Part shown: positions 50,415 to 60,307 of the stretch, piece after piece
How positions within the stretch are numbered: the stretch's first letter is position 1
How the letters are laid out: each line of letters begins with the position of its first letter
From: Deltaproteobacteria bacterium
GTDB lineage: Bacteria; Myxococcota_A; Polyangia; Polyangiales; Houyiibacteriaceae
DNA length: 64,000 nt
Assembly: GCA_034670305.1 (NCBI GenBank)
Contig: JAXMNT010000015.1
Span: forward strand, 32,001-96,000
Reading direction: 5' to 3'
Position numbers and translations under genes: made by a program
Notes under the pieces: model-generated
The model's input: the letters and a program-made list of their open reading frames with translations, nothing else
Databases searched by the model: none
What the model was told of the DNA's origin: nothing

Positions 50415-51320
50415 ATGGACGACAGAGTGGCGCTGATCACAGGAGGCGCGTCGGGCATCGGCGCGGCGCTCGGCCGGGCGCTCGCGGCGCAGGGCACGAT
50501 GGTGGTGCTCGCAGACCGGCAAGCGGTCGGTGCAACGGAAGTCGCGGAGTCGATCCGAAGGCAGGGCGGCCGCGCGCGGGGCGTGGCCCTCGACGTGCGC
50601 GACCGAGACATGTTCCGCGAGATCGCGGAGCACACCCAGCGCCGAGAGGGACGCATCGATCTCTTCTTCAACAACGCAGGCATCGGCATCGGCGGCGAGA
50701 TCGCGGACTACGACCGAGCGGCGTGGGACGACGTGCTGGACGTGAACGTGCGCGGCGTGGCGTACGGCATCGACGCCGTCTTTCCGATCATGCGTGCCCA
50801 GCGCTCGGGCCACATCGTCAACACCGCGTCGATGGCGGGCCTCATCGGGATGGGCAGCATGGGGAGCTACACCGCGAGCAAACACGCCGTCGTCGGGCTC
50901 TCGAAGGCGCTGCGCATCGAAGGCCGCCGACATGGCGTGCGCGTCTCCGCGCTCTGTCCTGGCGTCATCCGAACGCCCATTCTTCACGGCGGCGAATATG
51001 GCGGACACGTCGGTCGGCGCCTCACCCGCACCAACATGGAGCGGCTGGTGAACCGGCTGCGGCCGATGGAGCCGGACCGCTTCGCGCAGCTCGTGCTCGA
51101 GGACGTGGAGAAGAACGAACCGTTCATCATCGTGCCGCGGTTCTGGAAGGCCGCGTGGTTGCTCGACCGGCTCGCCCCTCGACTCACGGCCCGCTTGTGG
51201 GATCGCTTGTACAGCGTGGCGCTCGCGGAGCTCGACGCCCAAGAACGGAGCGCGCCGAAGACCGTCGACTCCAAGGAGACGACGAAGGCGACGGTGCCGG
51301 GCGTCCGCGTCGGGCGCTGA
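50415..51320 (+). CDS. SDR family oxidoreductase
   Basis: TGGASGIG, NNAG, NTASMAG, YTASKH, CPGVIRT; AGGAGG RBS. Confidence 0.95.
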   Translation: MDDRVALITGGASGIGAALGRALAAQGTMVVLADRQAVGATEVAESIRRQGGRARGVALDVRDRDMFREIAEHTQRREGRIDLFFNNAGIGIGGEIADYDRAAWDDVLDVNVRGVAYGIDAVFPIMRAQRSGHIVNTASMAGLIGMGSMGSYTASKHAVVGLSKALRIEGRRHGVRVSALCPGVIRTPILHGGEYGGHVGRRLTRTNMERLVNRLRPMEPDRFAQLVLEDVEKNEPFIIVPRFWKAAWLLDRLAPRLTARLWDRLYSVALAELDAQERSAPKTVDSKETTKATVPGVRVGR

Positions 51321-51393
51321 GCGGTCCCTTCCGGTCGGCCCCAAGGACGCCACCGTTCCGATCCGCGCTGGGCGCTGAGCCCGGCTTGGGCGA

Positions 51394-52617
51394 CTACTTC
51401 GCAGGCTTCTTCGAGGTGCGCTGAAACGGATACAAGAGCTGGCCGAAGAACGTGCGGGGCAGCCGCTTGAGGGTGCCGTAGTGTTTCGGCCAGTGGCCGT
51501 CCGGCAGGTGGTACGAACGGAACATCATGTCGAGCACCGGCAGGTGCGCCGCATAGTTCGTGTCGATGGCCGGCTTGTCCTTGCTGTGATGCCAGTGGTG
51601 AAACTGCGGCGTCACCATCAGGTACCGCAGGGGTCCGAAGTTCCAGCTGAGGTTCGAGTGAATGAGCACCGCTTGGAACGCGACGATCACCACATAGATG
51701 TTGAGCGCCTCGCGGTCGGGGCCGAGCAGGTAGAGCGGCACGAAGACGAGCGAGCGGTCGAAGAGGGTCTGCACCACGTGGGTGCGTGACCCCGCGAGCC
51801 AGTCGATGTGTTCCGCGGAGTGATGCACCGCGTGCAGTCCCCAGAGCCACGGGATCTCGTGGTAGGCGCGGTGCACCCAGTACTGCACGAAGTCCGCGCA
51901 GAACACGAGCAAGAGCACCTGGGCCGGCAGCCACAGTCCGGAGACGAACCGCTGCACGTCGTCGTTGGTGGCCCACCCGAACACGCTCGGCGCGAACCCG
52001 TTCGCGATGATCAGCAGCACGCCGATGAGCAGGTGGTTGACCGCGAAGTAGCCGAGATCGAGCTGCCACTCCGGCCGGAGGATCGGCTGCTCCGGGTACT
52101 TGGGCCACATCTTCTCGAGGAAGATGAAGATGATCGTCGACTTGAGCAGATCGAGCACCATCCAGTCCACGCCGATGCCCGGCCCGACTTGATGCACCGC
52201 ACCCACCGGCACGCGGTAGCCGCCGGCGAGGAACGCGCCGATCGTGAATGCGACGCCGATCGCACCAAGCGGACCACGTCCTCTGCGGCGGATGAAACTG
52301 AAGATGCCGGTACCGAGCGCGACGTACATCGACACCATCAGCACGTTGCGGAGCATCGGGACGTCGTAGACCTCGCGCAGCTCCCGCGTCGTGAAGATCT
52401 CCGGGTAGTGAAAACACATCACCCCGAGGAACGAACCGACCCCGAGGATGAAGGCGATGCCGCCCGTGATGCGCCCTTCGCCAGGCCGCAGCGCGTGCGC
52501 CGACAGATCGCCGACGTCACGCTCTCCATAGCGGTACGCCGCCGGAGAGTCGGCGACTGCCTGCGACTCGTCCGGTTCGGCCGGCGGCTCGGCCGGTGGT
52601 GGGTCGGGTTCGGACAC
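51394..52617 (-). CDS. Sterol desaturase/fatty acid hydroxylase family protein
   Basis: His boxes HRAYH, HAVHH, HSN, HHWHH; NYA; multiple TM helices. GTG start inferred. Confidence 0.92.
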   Translation of the reverse strand: MSEPDPPPAEPPAEPDESQAVADSPAAYRYGERDVGDLSAHALRPGEGRITGGIAFILGVGSFLGVMCFHYPEIFTTRELREVYDVPMLRNVLMVSMYVALGTGIFSFIRRRGRGPLGAIGVAFTIGAFLAGGYRVPVGAVHQVGPGIGVDWMVLDLLKSTIIFIFLEKMWPKYPEQPILRPEWQLDLGYFAVNHLLIGVLLIIANGFAPSVFGWATNDDVQRFVSGLWLPAQVLLLVFCADFVQYWVHRAYHEIPWLWGLHAVHHSAEHIDWLAGSRTHVVQTLFDRSLVFVPLYLLGPDREALNIYVVIVAFQAVLIHSNLSWNFGPLRYLMVTPQFHHWHHSKDKPAIDTNYAAHLPVLDMMFRSYHLPDGHWPKHYGTLKRLPRTFFGQLLYPFQRTSKKPAK

Positions 52618-52822
52618 GGCCGGGAATCTACCAGCTCGGGCGGCCGCGATCGCAAACTTGCAGGCCAGAGGTTGACGCCCGAGCCGCGCGTGCGCAGTGG
52701 TGGCGCCTTCCCCGGAGCCACTTATGGACAGCGACGCAATGCCCACGAACCGCCCGACGATCCAGCCACCGATCGTCTTCTCGTGCCTACGCTCGACCCG
52801 CTGTCTCACTCCTTGGAAGGAC

Positions 52823-52966
52823 CCGGGTTCGGCATGGAAGCCGTGCGGATCTGACCCCAGTGTTTCCCTGCGTCGCCAGTAGCGACGCCCACTGGAGAAC
52901 GCGCTCCCCGCGCACTCAGACCCCCTCGCTCCACGCACCGTGAGCCGCGAGCACGCTTGAACCCGG
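52823..52966. ncRNA. Candidate rod-shaped structured ncRNA (6S-like architecture, unconfirmed)
   Basis: Nested helices: CCGGGTTC/GAACCCGG, GCATG/CACGC, GTGC/GCAC, TCTGA/TCAGA, CCAGTG/CACTGG, GCGTCGC/GCGACGC. Confidence 0.4.
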
Positions 52967-53095
52967 ACGCTGGGTTCGAGCCTCCGCTTGCCATCGGCGC
53001 CCTCTTCCGCGCGGAGAGGCCGCGCCCGCGTACGTCCCTTCGTGGTCGACGTCGCACCCGCCCCCGATCCCGCCTCCTCGTCTTCTGGTGCCGCC

Positions 53096-54523
53096 GTGAA
53101 CCCCTCGAGTTCCGAACCCTCCGAACCCTTCGAATCCGAACCTTCCAGTTCCCTTTCCTCTTCTCGCTCCGAACCCTCCGCTCCTGATCCCCTGGAGTCC
53201 GCCCGCGCCATACGCGGGGAGCTCTTGCGATTGAGCTGGCCCATCGCCGTCTCGATGATCTCGTACGCGGTGATGACGCTCGCCGACACCCTCTTCGTCG
53301 GGCGCCTCGGCTCCGCCGCCCTCGCCGGCGTCGGCCTCGGCGGCGTGGTCTGTTTCACCCTGCTGTGTTTCCCCTTCGGCTTGATGCGGGGCGCCAAAGT
53401 CCTCATCTCCCAAGCCGTCGGCGCCGCCGACACCGACGCCGTGCCTCGGCACGCGCGCGCCGCGCTCGGCGTCGCGATCGCGCTCGGCTTCTTGGTCGCA
53501 GGCCTCGCCTGGTGTGGTGCCGACCTGCTTCGCTGGGTCGCGGCCACCCCAGAGAGCGGCGCGGCCGCCGCCAACTACGCCGCCATCCGCTGCAGCGCCG
53601 GCCCCTTCGTGCTCGCGTACGTCGCGATGCGCGAGAGCCGATACGGCATCGGCGACTCCCGCTCGCCCATGGTGTCTGCCGTGCTCGGCAACATCGCCAA
53701 CGTCGCGCTCGACGCCCTCTTCATCGTGGGCTTCGACTGGGGCGTCGAAGGCGCCGCGCTCGCCACGTGCATCGCGCACGTGCTCGAAGCCGGATTGCTC
53801 GCCGGCATCGTCCGACGGACTGCGCCCGAGACACTCGGCATCTCGTTCCGTCGCGACGACCTGCGCGCGCTCTGGGACATGGGCATGCCGACCGGCGTGC
53901 AGTTCTTCCTCGAGGTCGGCTCCTTCACTGTCCTCGCGGGACTGCTCGCGTCGATGGCGGAGCTCGAGATGGCCGCGCACCAAATCGCGCTGCAGGTGAT
54001 GCACTTCACCTTCTTGCCGAACGTCGCGGTCAGCGAAGGCGCCTCCGTCCTCGCCGGTCAAGCTGTCGGCGCGCGTCGATTCGAACGGGTGCCACGGGTG
54101 GCGCGCGAGTCCCTCGCCATCGCCCTCGGCTACGCCGTCTTCTGCACGTTCGTGCTGGTCTTCTTCGGAAGCCACATCGCGCGCGGCTTCACCGACGAAC
54201 CGGATCTGATCCGTGCCGTCGAACAGCTGCTCTGGGTCGGCGCCGTCTTCCAGCTCGCCGACGCCGCCAACGTCATCGCCCGCGGCGTCCTGCGCGGCAC
54301 CGGCGACGTGCGGTACGCCGCCGTCCTCGGCATCGCCACCGCCTGGCTCTGCACCCCGCCGCTCACCTGGCTCCTCGGCTACGAACTCGGCCTCGGCGCC
54401 CTCGGCGGCTGGCTCGGCCTCTGCGCCGAAATCATGGTCGGCGCCGCCCTCCTCTGGCTCCGCCTCCGCTCCGGCGCCTGGAGAAACACCGCACCCCGAG
54501 TCCTCGTCCCCGCCACGGCGTGA
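53096..54523 (+). CDS. MATE family efflux transporter
   Basis: LSWPI...DTLFVGRLG...ISQAVGA...GIGDSRSPM...GVEGAALAT...AAHQIA...RGVLRGTGD; about 12 TMs. Start uncertain. Confidence 0.95.
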   Translation: MNPSSSEPSEPFESEPSSSLSSSRSEPSAPDPLESARAIRGELLRLSWPIAVSMISYAVMTLADTLFVGRLGSAALAGVGLGGVVCFTLLCFPFGLMRGAKVLISQAVGAADTDAVPRHARAALGVAIALGFLVAGLAWCGADLLRWVAATPESGAAAANYAAIRCSAGPFVLAYVAMRESRYGIGDSRSPMVSAVLGNIANVALDALFIVGFDWGVEGAALATCIAHVLEAGLLAGIVRRTAPETLGISFRRDDLRALWDMGMPTGVQFFLEVGSFTVLAGLLASMAELEMAAHQIALQVMHFTFLPNVAVSEGASVLAGQAVGARRFERVPRVARESLAIALGYAVFCTFVLVFFGSHIARGFTDEPDLIRAVEQLLWVGAVFQLADAANVIARGVLRGTGDVRYAAVLGIATAWLCTPPLTWLLGYELGLGALGGWLGLCAEIMVGAALLWLRLRSGAWRNTAPRVLVPATA

Positions 54524-54531
54524 GCGGGCGG

Positions 54532-54761
54532 GGGGTCGGCTTCGGGGTCGGAGTCGGCTTCGGCTTCGGCGTCGGCGTCGGCGTCGGATTCGGCGTCGGC
54601 TTCGGCGTCGGCGTCGGCGTCGGCTTCGGCTTCGGCGTCGGCGTCGGCGTCGGCTTCGGCTTCGGCGTCGGCTTCGGCGTCGGCTTCGGCTTCGGCTTCG
54701 GAATCGGCTTCAAGTTCGGCGTCGGATTCAGCTTCGGAATCGGAGTCGGAGTCGGATCCGG
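54532..54761 (+). repeat. Hexamer tract T9, (TCGGNN)n
   Basis: Runs from just after the MATE stop up to the first Rhs-core codons. Confidence 0.95.
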
Positions 54762-55897
54762 ATGGATCGCAGATCCATCACGGCGACCACCTCGGGTCCA
54801 CCGAGGTCGTCACCGCAAACGGGCTCGTTGTCTCGCGCTTCTCGTACGACGCCTGGGGCGCGCGCCGGGACTTGCCGTCGACGTACGACAACGCCAACGG
54901 CGGGTTCGACCACGGGTTCACCGGGCACGAACACGACGACGAGTGGGGCGTCATCAACATGCGGGGGCGGCTCTACGACCCCGCAATGCGCCGCATGCTC
55001 TCGCCCGACCCAGTGGTGGTCGATCCCTACGCGAGCCAGGCCTACAACCGCTACGCCTATGTCCTCAACGACCCGCTCAACCTGACCGACCCCACCGGGT
55101 TCACGCCGGAGGGCGGCTCCTGCCACGACTGCAGCTTCAGCAAGGCGGAGGGAAGTTTCGTCTACGGCGATCCATCCGGGGGCGCGTCAGGCGGACAGGG
55201 GAGAGAGACCGATCCCGCCATGGCGGGCGTGCAAGCGGACATCGCCGCGGGCCGACTGCCGAGCCAAATGGAGCTCGCCCACGACGGCGCCGGGAGGCTC
55301 GGCCGAGCCATGGAGGGCATCAACATGGGCCCCACCGGACCCGGCGGCTTGTCGAGATGGACCATGTCACCTGGGAGCTCTCTCGGGGCACTGGTCGTAC
55401 TCGGGGACACGCAAGGCCGGGTCGAGAACTGGGAGACGCTGACGGATGATTCGGCGTCCGGCGGCGACCGGGCTGGTGCGCTGGGCTGGGAAGTACTGGC
55501 TGCTCTCCCTGGCGTCGGTGTGGTTCTTGGTGCGACCGCCAGGGGGGCCAGACTGCTGGTCGGGCTGAAGAACATCGCAACGCGTGTAGTTGCGGAGGGT
55601 GGGCGCCTGGGAAGCAGGGCTGCGAGACTTGCCCAGTTCTTGCGAACAGTTCGGCTGCGGCGGCATTCGGAGCATGACCTGGGAGTGAGCTTTCGGGCAG
55701 CCGACAACACACGATTCGATATCGGCCGCCTGCCGGACAAGGCGACACTGCCACCATCTGTTCGGAGTCGATACGCGCCGCACTACCATCGGCGGCGCCT
55801 TGACCCCGACGGTGGCACCCAACATGGCCAGGGAATTAGCCGGCACCGCCCCTGGGAAACGCGCCCCTCGGACAACAACTTCTGGGATAGGTTTTGA
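54761..55897 (+). pseudogene. Orphan Rhs module: 5'-truncated Rhs core plus C-terminal toxin domain
   Basis: The frame upstream of TTG 54872 reads [17 protein letters not shown]...FSYDAWG, then GFTGHE.D..G.INM.GRLYDP...F/L.SPDP and NRYAYVLNDPLNLTDPTG. No start codon precedes the core. Confidence 0.88.
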
Positions 55898-55901
55898 GTT
55901 C

Positions 55902-56216
55902 ATGAGGGACATCTCTGCATCGCTCCGAGACCGGCTCGTCCGGGCTCTCCAAGAAACGCTGCGAACGGACGTCAGCATTTTCACAACGCTTGAGGCCACC
56001 AAGGCGGAGCATCAAGAGCTAATCAAATGCGGCTTCTATCTATTGATTGACGGCGCAGACACACTTGGCTTCCTGCTGGAGCACGGCGAAAGCGAAAGTG
56101 GTGGGGTCACCGTCCGCGAAGCCCGCGCGGAGCTCGCGCGACTCACCGAACGAGTTGCGGCAGGGGAATCCGAGTTGGGTTCCACGATCCTACGGCAGCT
56201 GATCGACGGTAAATAG
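55902..56216 (+). CDS. Putative immunity protein for the Rhs toxin tip
   Basis: 104 aa, starts 4 nt after the toxin stop, lower GC (31/60 at 55981-56040). Role inferred from position. Confidence 0.65.
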   Translation: MRDISASLRDRLVRALQETLRTDVSIFTTLEATKAEHQELIKCGFYLLIDGADTLGFLLEHGESESGGVTVREARAELARLTERVAAGESELGSTILRQLIDGK

Positions 56217-56218
56217 AC

Positions 56219-57355
56219 GTGAGCATGAGCCAACTCAAAGGACAGCCACCGATACATGGTGCTTGCCTGCTGGCGACCATTCTGACGGCATGCGCCGGGC
56301 TGGATGGCGCGTCCGAGGATGCTGCGCCTGACGGCAGTACCCCCGACGCCGGCGAGTGCGCCCTCTACGGCCTCGACGGCGACGGCGACGGGTTTGGGAC
56401 CGATCCGCTCTGTCTCTTCGCGCCGACCGAGACGCACCACGCGGAGACGCTGGGAGATTGCGACGACTCGGATGCACTCGTGGCGCCGGGGGCGGAGGAG
56501 CGGTGCAATGGGCGGGACGACGATTGCGACGACGCGGTCGACGAGTCGGAGGCGGTGGATTGTGTGGTGTTCTTTGCGGACGCCGATGGGGATGGGTACG
56601 GGGTCGCGGGGGACTCGAGCTGTCTTTGCGCGGCCACCGATCCGTATTCGGTGACGATGCCCGGGGACTGTGACGACGCGGACCCGGAGGCGTTTCCGAT
56701 GCGTCCGGAGGTGTGCGACGACGGGGTCGACAACGACTGCGATGGAGACACCGACGAGGGGCCGAGGCGGAGTCTGTTCGTGGACGCGGACGGGGATGGG
56801 TTCGGGGGCGCAGCGATCGAGGTGTGCGGCGACGCGGAGGGCGTGGTTGGGTTCGATGGGGACTGCGACGACGACAACGCGGCGGCGTCGCCCCGCGGGG
56901 TCGAGATCTGCAACGGAGTGGACGAAGACTGCGACGGGGTGGTCGACGAGGGACTCGATGCGCCGTGTGCGGCGTCGGACATGGACGACGACGGCGTCGT
57001 CGACGACCTCGACAACTGCCCGGCGGACTTCAACCCGTGGCAGGAGGATCTCGACGACGACGGGCTCGGCGACGCATGCGATCTCGACCGAGACGGCGAT
57101 GGCAGCACCAACGACGAAGACTGCGAACCGGACGACCGGCGGGTGCGTCCGGGCGGCTTCGAGTTCTGCAACGGCGTGGACGACAACTGCGACGAGTTGG
57201 TCGACGAGGGCTACGACGTTGGCGTCTCCTGCACGACGAGCGGGGTCGGCCTCTGCGCCCGAACCGGCGAGATGATCCCACCCAGCGGCCCGGTCGAAGC
57301 CCTGTCGCCCATTCGGGCTGCCTGGCTCCACCCCGGCCCCGCCAGCCGCCCGTAG
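56219..57355 (+). CDS. MopE-type metal-binding repeat/TSP3-like lipoprotein, probably 3'-truncated
   Basis: Lipobox LTAC; DGDGDGFG and DCDD...PGA.E.C.G.DDDCD repeats; DNCP...Q.D.D.DG.GDACD. Breaks off mid-repeat after GVGLCARTG. Confidence 0.8.
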   Translation: MSMSQLKGQPPIHGACLLATILTACAGLDGASEDAAPDGSTPDAGECALYGLDGDGDGFGTDPLCLFAPTETHHAETLGDCDDSDALVAPGAEERCNGRDDDCDDAVDESEAVDCVVFFADADGDGYGVAGDSSCLCAATDPYSVTMPGDCDDADPEAFPMRPEVCDDGVDNDCDGDTDEGPRRSLFVDADGDGFGGAAIEVCGDAEGVVGFDGDCDDDNAAASPRGVEICNGVDEDCDGVVDEGLDAPCAASDMDDDGVVDDLDNCPADFNPWQEDLDDDGLGDACDLDRDGDGSTNDEDCEPDDRRVRPGGFEFCNGVDDNCDELVDEGYDVGVSCTTSGVGLCARTGEMIPPSGPVEALSPIRAAWLHPGPASRP

Positions 57356-57396
57356 GGGATCGGGGATCGGGTTCGAGCCGAACCGGGTACGGCACA

Positions 57397-57554
57397 GGAA
57401 CCGCGCATCCTCTCTTTCGGATTCGGCGTCGCGGCGTCAGCTTCGGCTTCGGAGTCGGCTTCGGCTTCGGCTTCGGCTTCGGCTTCGGCTTCGGATTCGG
57501 ATTCAGAATCCCGGACCCGAGGGCAAGGGCAAGGGCACGGGCATGGGCAAGGGG
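57397..57554 (+). repeat. Hexamer tract T10 with the 30-bp motif and a six-run GGG motif
   Basis: GGAACCGCGCATCCTCTCTTTCGGATTCGG at 57397-57426; (TCGGNT)n to about 57502; GGG runs at 57521-57554. Confidence 0.95.
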
Positions 57555-57576
57555 AGCTCACCCTGGCGGGTTCGCT

Positions 57577-59787
57577 CTAGGGCGTGGTGGACTGCTGCTG
57601 CTGCAATCGCTCGAAGCGTTCTTGCAGCCGCTGCCGTCGTTCCTCGTCGACCGCGTTCCGCTTGTGCGCTGCGTACGCGAAGCTGCCGGCGACGATCAGG
57701 ATGCCCATGAGCAGCGCGACGAACACGAGCGTCATGCCGACGTGAGAGCGGGGGCGTTTCGAGGCTTCGACGCCCTTCAGGATCCGCGCCGGCGTATCGT
57801 CCGTCACCCGCGGGACCCGCGGACGGGCCGGCGGCAGCGAGTCCGGGGAGAGGATCGGGGTCTGCACCACGGCCCGCTTGCTGGTGCGTGCGGGATCCAC
57901 GACGGGCGCGGGCGTGGGCGCAGCCGCTGGCGGGTGCCCCGCCCCGTGAGAATCGTCGAAGAGCGACACGGCCTGAAGCTGCAGCCCCGAGTCTTTTCTG
58001 GGACGCGGGAGACGCTTGATCGCTTCTTCGGGCACCGCGGCCCGCCGCCGCTCGCGCTCCATCGCTTCGAGGTCTTCGAGCGAGAGATCGTCGGCGCTCG
58101 CGATCGGTTTGGGCGGATGCAGGTCGGCCCCTGAATCCATCGCCTCGAGCTCGTCGAGTCCGATCTCCTGGGTGCCCTCTTTCGCCGCTTTGGCGGGCAC
58201 CGAAGGATCGAGCGGCACCTCGTCGTCGTCGTCTTCTTCGAGGTCCTCGAACGCGAGCTCTTGCGTACCGTCTTTCGCGGGCTTCGCCGGGACCGAAGGG
58301 TCGAGCGGAACCTCGTCGCTCCCCTCGATCGTGATGCCGAGCGCCGCGCGGACCAGCCGGGGGTCGAGGGCCTCCTCGGTCGAGTCCGGCGAGCCGTCCA
58401 AGATGTGCCCGCCCTCCTCATCGGATTCGACCCCGCCCATGTCGAGCGAGTGCGAGTCGCCGAGCAGCGGACCCGGGTCCGGCGTCTTCGCCATCGCGGC
58501 GCGCACGAGGCGGGGATCGAGGCCTTCGGCGGGCGGTGCGGACTTCTTGCGCTTCTTCTGCCGCTTGCCTTCGTCGAGGGCTGGGAACCGCCGGGTCTCC
58601 GAGTCTGGGGCCACCGCCGCTGCCGCCTTCGTGCGCGCGCGGGCCCGTGCCGCCGCGGCCAGGACTTCCGCTGCGGCGTCCTCATCCATCGCCGGCATCT
58701 TCTCGGTGTCCGCCGCGAGCGAGGGACCCATCACATCCGTGGACGCGCCCAGCAACCCACCGAGCCGAGGCGGCGCGATGGCGGATGGCGCCTCCATCTC
58801 CTTCGCGGTCGACTCACCGTCGAAGTCGGAGGTCGCGCCCCGGGCCGGGCGCTTGGCTTTGGCGTGTCGCACGTCCGTCTTGGCGTCGGGGTCCGGCGGC
58901 GCCGAGCTCCGCAGGGCGAACCGGCGCGCCTTCTTGAACGGCGCCGGTTCGAGTTCCGGCACCGCCAGACCGGCCTGTTTGGCCAGGCCCTCGAGCAGGG
59001 GTTCGAGCGAGGTCGCGCGCCGCCTGGGATCGGGATGGAGCAACGCCGCGAGCGCTGCGGTGAGCGCACCGAGCGGCCGAACGCTCGCGCCCGGATCGGG
59101 CGGTGGCTTGAGGGTAAGCGCCTCGTGCGCGACCGCGGCCACGCCGTATCGGTCGGCGCTGATCGAGCCCACGCCCCGAACCACCTCGGGTGCGTAACGG
59201 CGCCGCAGATCGCCATGGCGCTGCAGCACCGCGGCCACCACGCCGGGCGGAAGCGCCGGCACCAGAAACGCGCCCGTCATCTGAAGGCGCTCGGGGTCGA
59301 TCCAGACCGCGTCGGCGCGCACGTCGCCGTGACGCAGCGGCGGTGGGATCGCGGTGAGCGCGGCATCGAGGTGCGCGATGACGGGCAGGAGTTCTTCCGG
59401 GGTCAGTGGCGCGTCTTCATGGATGCGGCGGTCGAGCACGGAGCGGAAGGACACCCCCTCGGGCACCGGCTCGGTGGCGTACACCCACATGGAATCACGG
59501 TCGGCGTCGAGGAGCCCAGGCAGGTACTTGCCGCCCATGCCGACGCTGCGTCGAAGGTCGCGCACCACTTGTTTCCGGTCGGTGCTCTCGAGCAGCTCCG
59601 GGCGCACGATGCGCAGAAACACGCTTCCTTCGGTCTCTTGATCGAAGGCCAGAAATCCATAGGAGAACGGATCGTCGCGAAGCCGTCCGCGAACCTCGTA
59701 GCGTTCGCCCACGACCTGCCCTCGTTTGGGCCCGACGGCACCGCCGAGTGGCGTGCCCGTGACGGCGGTTTGATCCGAAGTGCTCAT
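57577..59787 (-). CDS. Ser/Thr pseudokinase with long acidic linker and C-terminal TM helix
   Basis: GQVVGERYEV, VFLRIV, RHGDVRADAV, YAPEV, ADRYGVA, LHPDPRRR; catalytic Lys, Asn and DFG not evident. Confidence 0.8.
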   Translation of the reverse strand: MSTSDQTAVTGTPLGGAVGPKRGQVVGERYEVRGRLRDDPFSYGFLAFDQETEGSVFLRIVRPELLESTDRKQVVRDLRRSVGMGGKYLPGLLDADRDSMWVYATEPVPEGVSFRSVLDRRIHEDAPLTPEELLPVIAHLDAALTAIPPPLRHGDVRADAVWIDPERLQMTGAFLVPALPPGVVAAVLQRHGDLRRRYAPEVVRGVGSISADRYGVAAVAHEALTLKPPPDPGASVRPLGALTAALAALLHPDPRRRATSLEPLLEGLAKQAGLAVPELEPAPFKKARRFALRSSAPPDPDAKTDVRHAKAKRPARGATSDFDGESTAKEMEAPSAIAPPRLGGLLGASTDVMGPSLAADTEKMPAMDEDAAAEVLAAAARARARTKAAAAVAPDSETRRFPALDEGKRQKKRKKSAPPAEGLDPRLVRAAMAKTPDPGPLLGDSHSLDMGGVESDEEGGHILDGSPDSTEEALDPRLVRAALGITIEGSDEVPLDPSVPAKPAKDGTQELAFEDLEEDDDDEVPLDPSVPAKAAKEGTQEIGLDELEAMDSGADLHPPKPIASADDLSLEDLEAMERERRRAAVPEEAIKRLPRPRKDSGLQLQAVSLFDDSHGAGHPPAAAPTPAPVVDPARTSKRAVVQTPILSPDSLPPARPRVPRVTDDTPARILKGVEASKRPRSHVGMTLVFVALLMGILIVAGSFAYAAHKRNAVDEERRQRLQERFERLQQQQSTTP

Positions 59788-59808
59788 CGAAGGTGTGGTC
59801 TCAGACTA

Positions 59809-60297
59809 TCAGGTCGACGCCGGACCCGAACCCGGTTTGCGCCCGGTGCCGGTGCTGCCAAACCCGCCTGCACCGCGTTCGGTGTCGCTCAAGTCGCTCA
59901 AGGACTCGACCTCGACCACGGTCAACTGGGGGGCCGGGGCCAGTACGATCTGCGCGATGCGCATGCCTGCCTCGACCACGAAAGGTTCGGTGCCGTGGTT
60001 GACGAGCAACACCTTCACCTCGCCGCGGTAGTCCGCGTCGATGGTGCCAGGCGCATTGAGCACCGTGACCGCGTGTCGGAACGCGAGCCCGGACCGGGGC
60101 CGGACCTGCGCCTCCCAGCCGGGCGGGATCTCGAAGGCCAGCCCGGTCGGGACCGCTGCCCATGCGCCCGGACCGAGCACCATGGACGCGTCGAGCGCCG
60201 CAGAGACATCCATCCCTGCGGCGCCCGCCGATTCATACTTGGGCAGGACCGCGTCGTCTCGCAGCCGAAGGATTCGGAGCTGAACCGACGCGTCCAT
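59809..60297 (-). CDS. dut: dUTP diphosphatase
   Basis: [42 protein letters not shown]. Confidence 0.97.
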   Translation of the reverse strand: MDASVQLRILRLRDDAVLPKYESAGAAGMDVSAALDASMVLGPGAWAAVPTGLAFEIPPGWEAQVRPRSGLAFRHAVTVLNAPGTIDADYRGEVKVLLVNHGTEPFVVEAGMRIAQIVLAPAPQLTVVEVESLSDLSDTERGAGGFGSTGTGRKPGSGPAST

Positions 60298-60307
60298 GCC
60301 TATCTAC

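Noticed and set aside
52848-52858. GATCTGACCCC resembling a REP end (also GGGGTCAGA near 8352)
   Set aside because: Single short matches with no paired partner and no associated transposase in the window.
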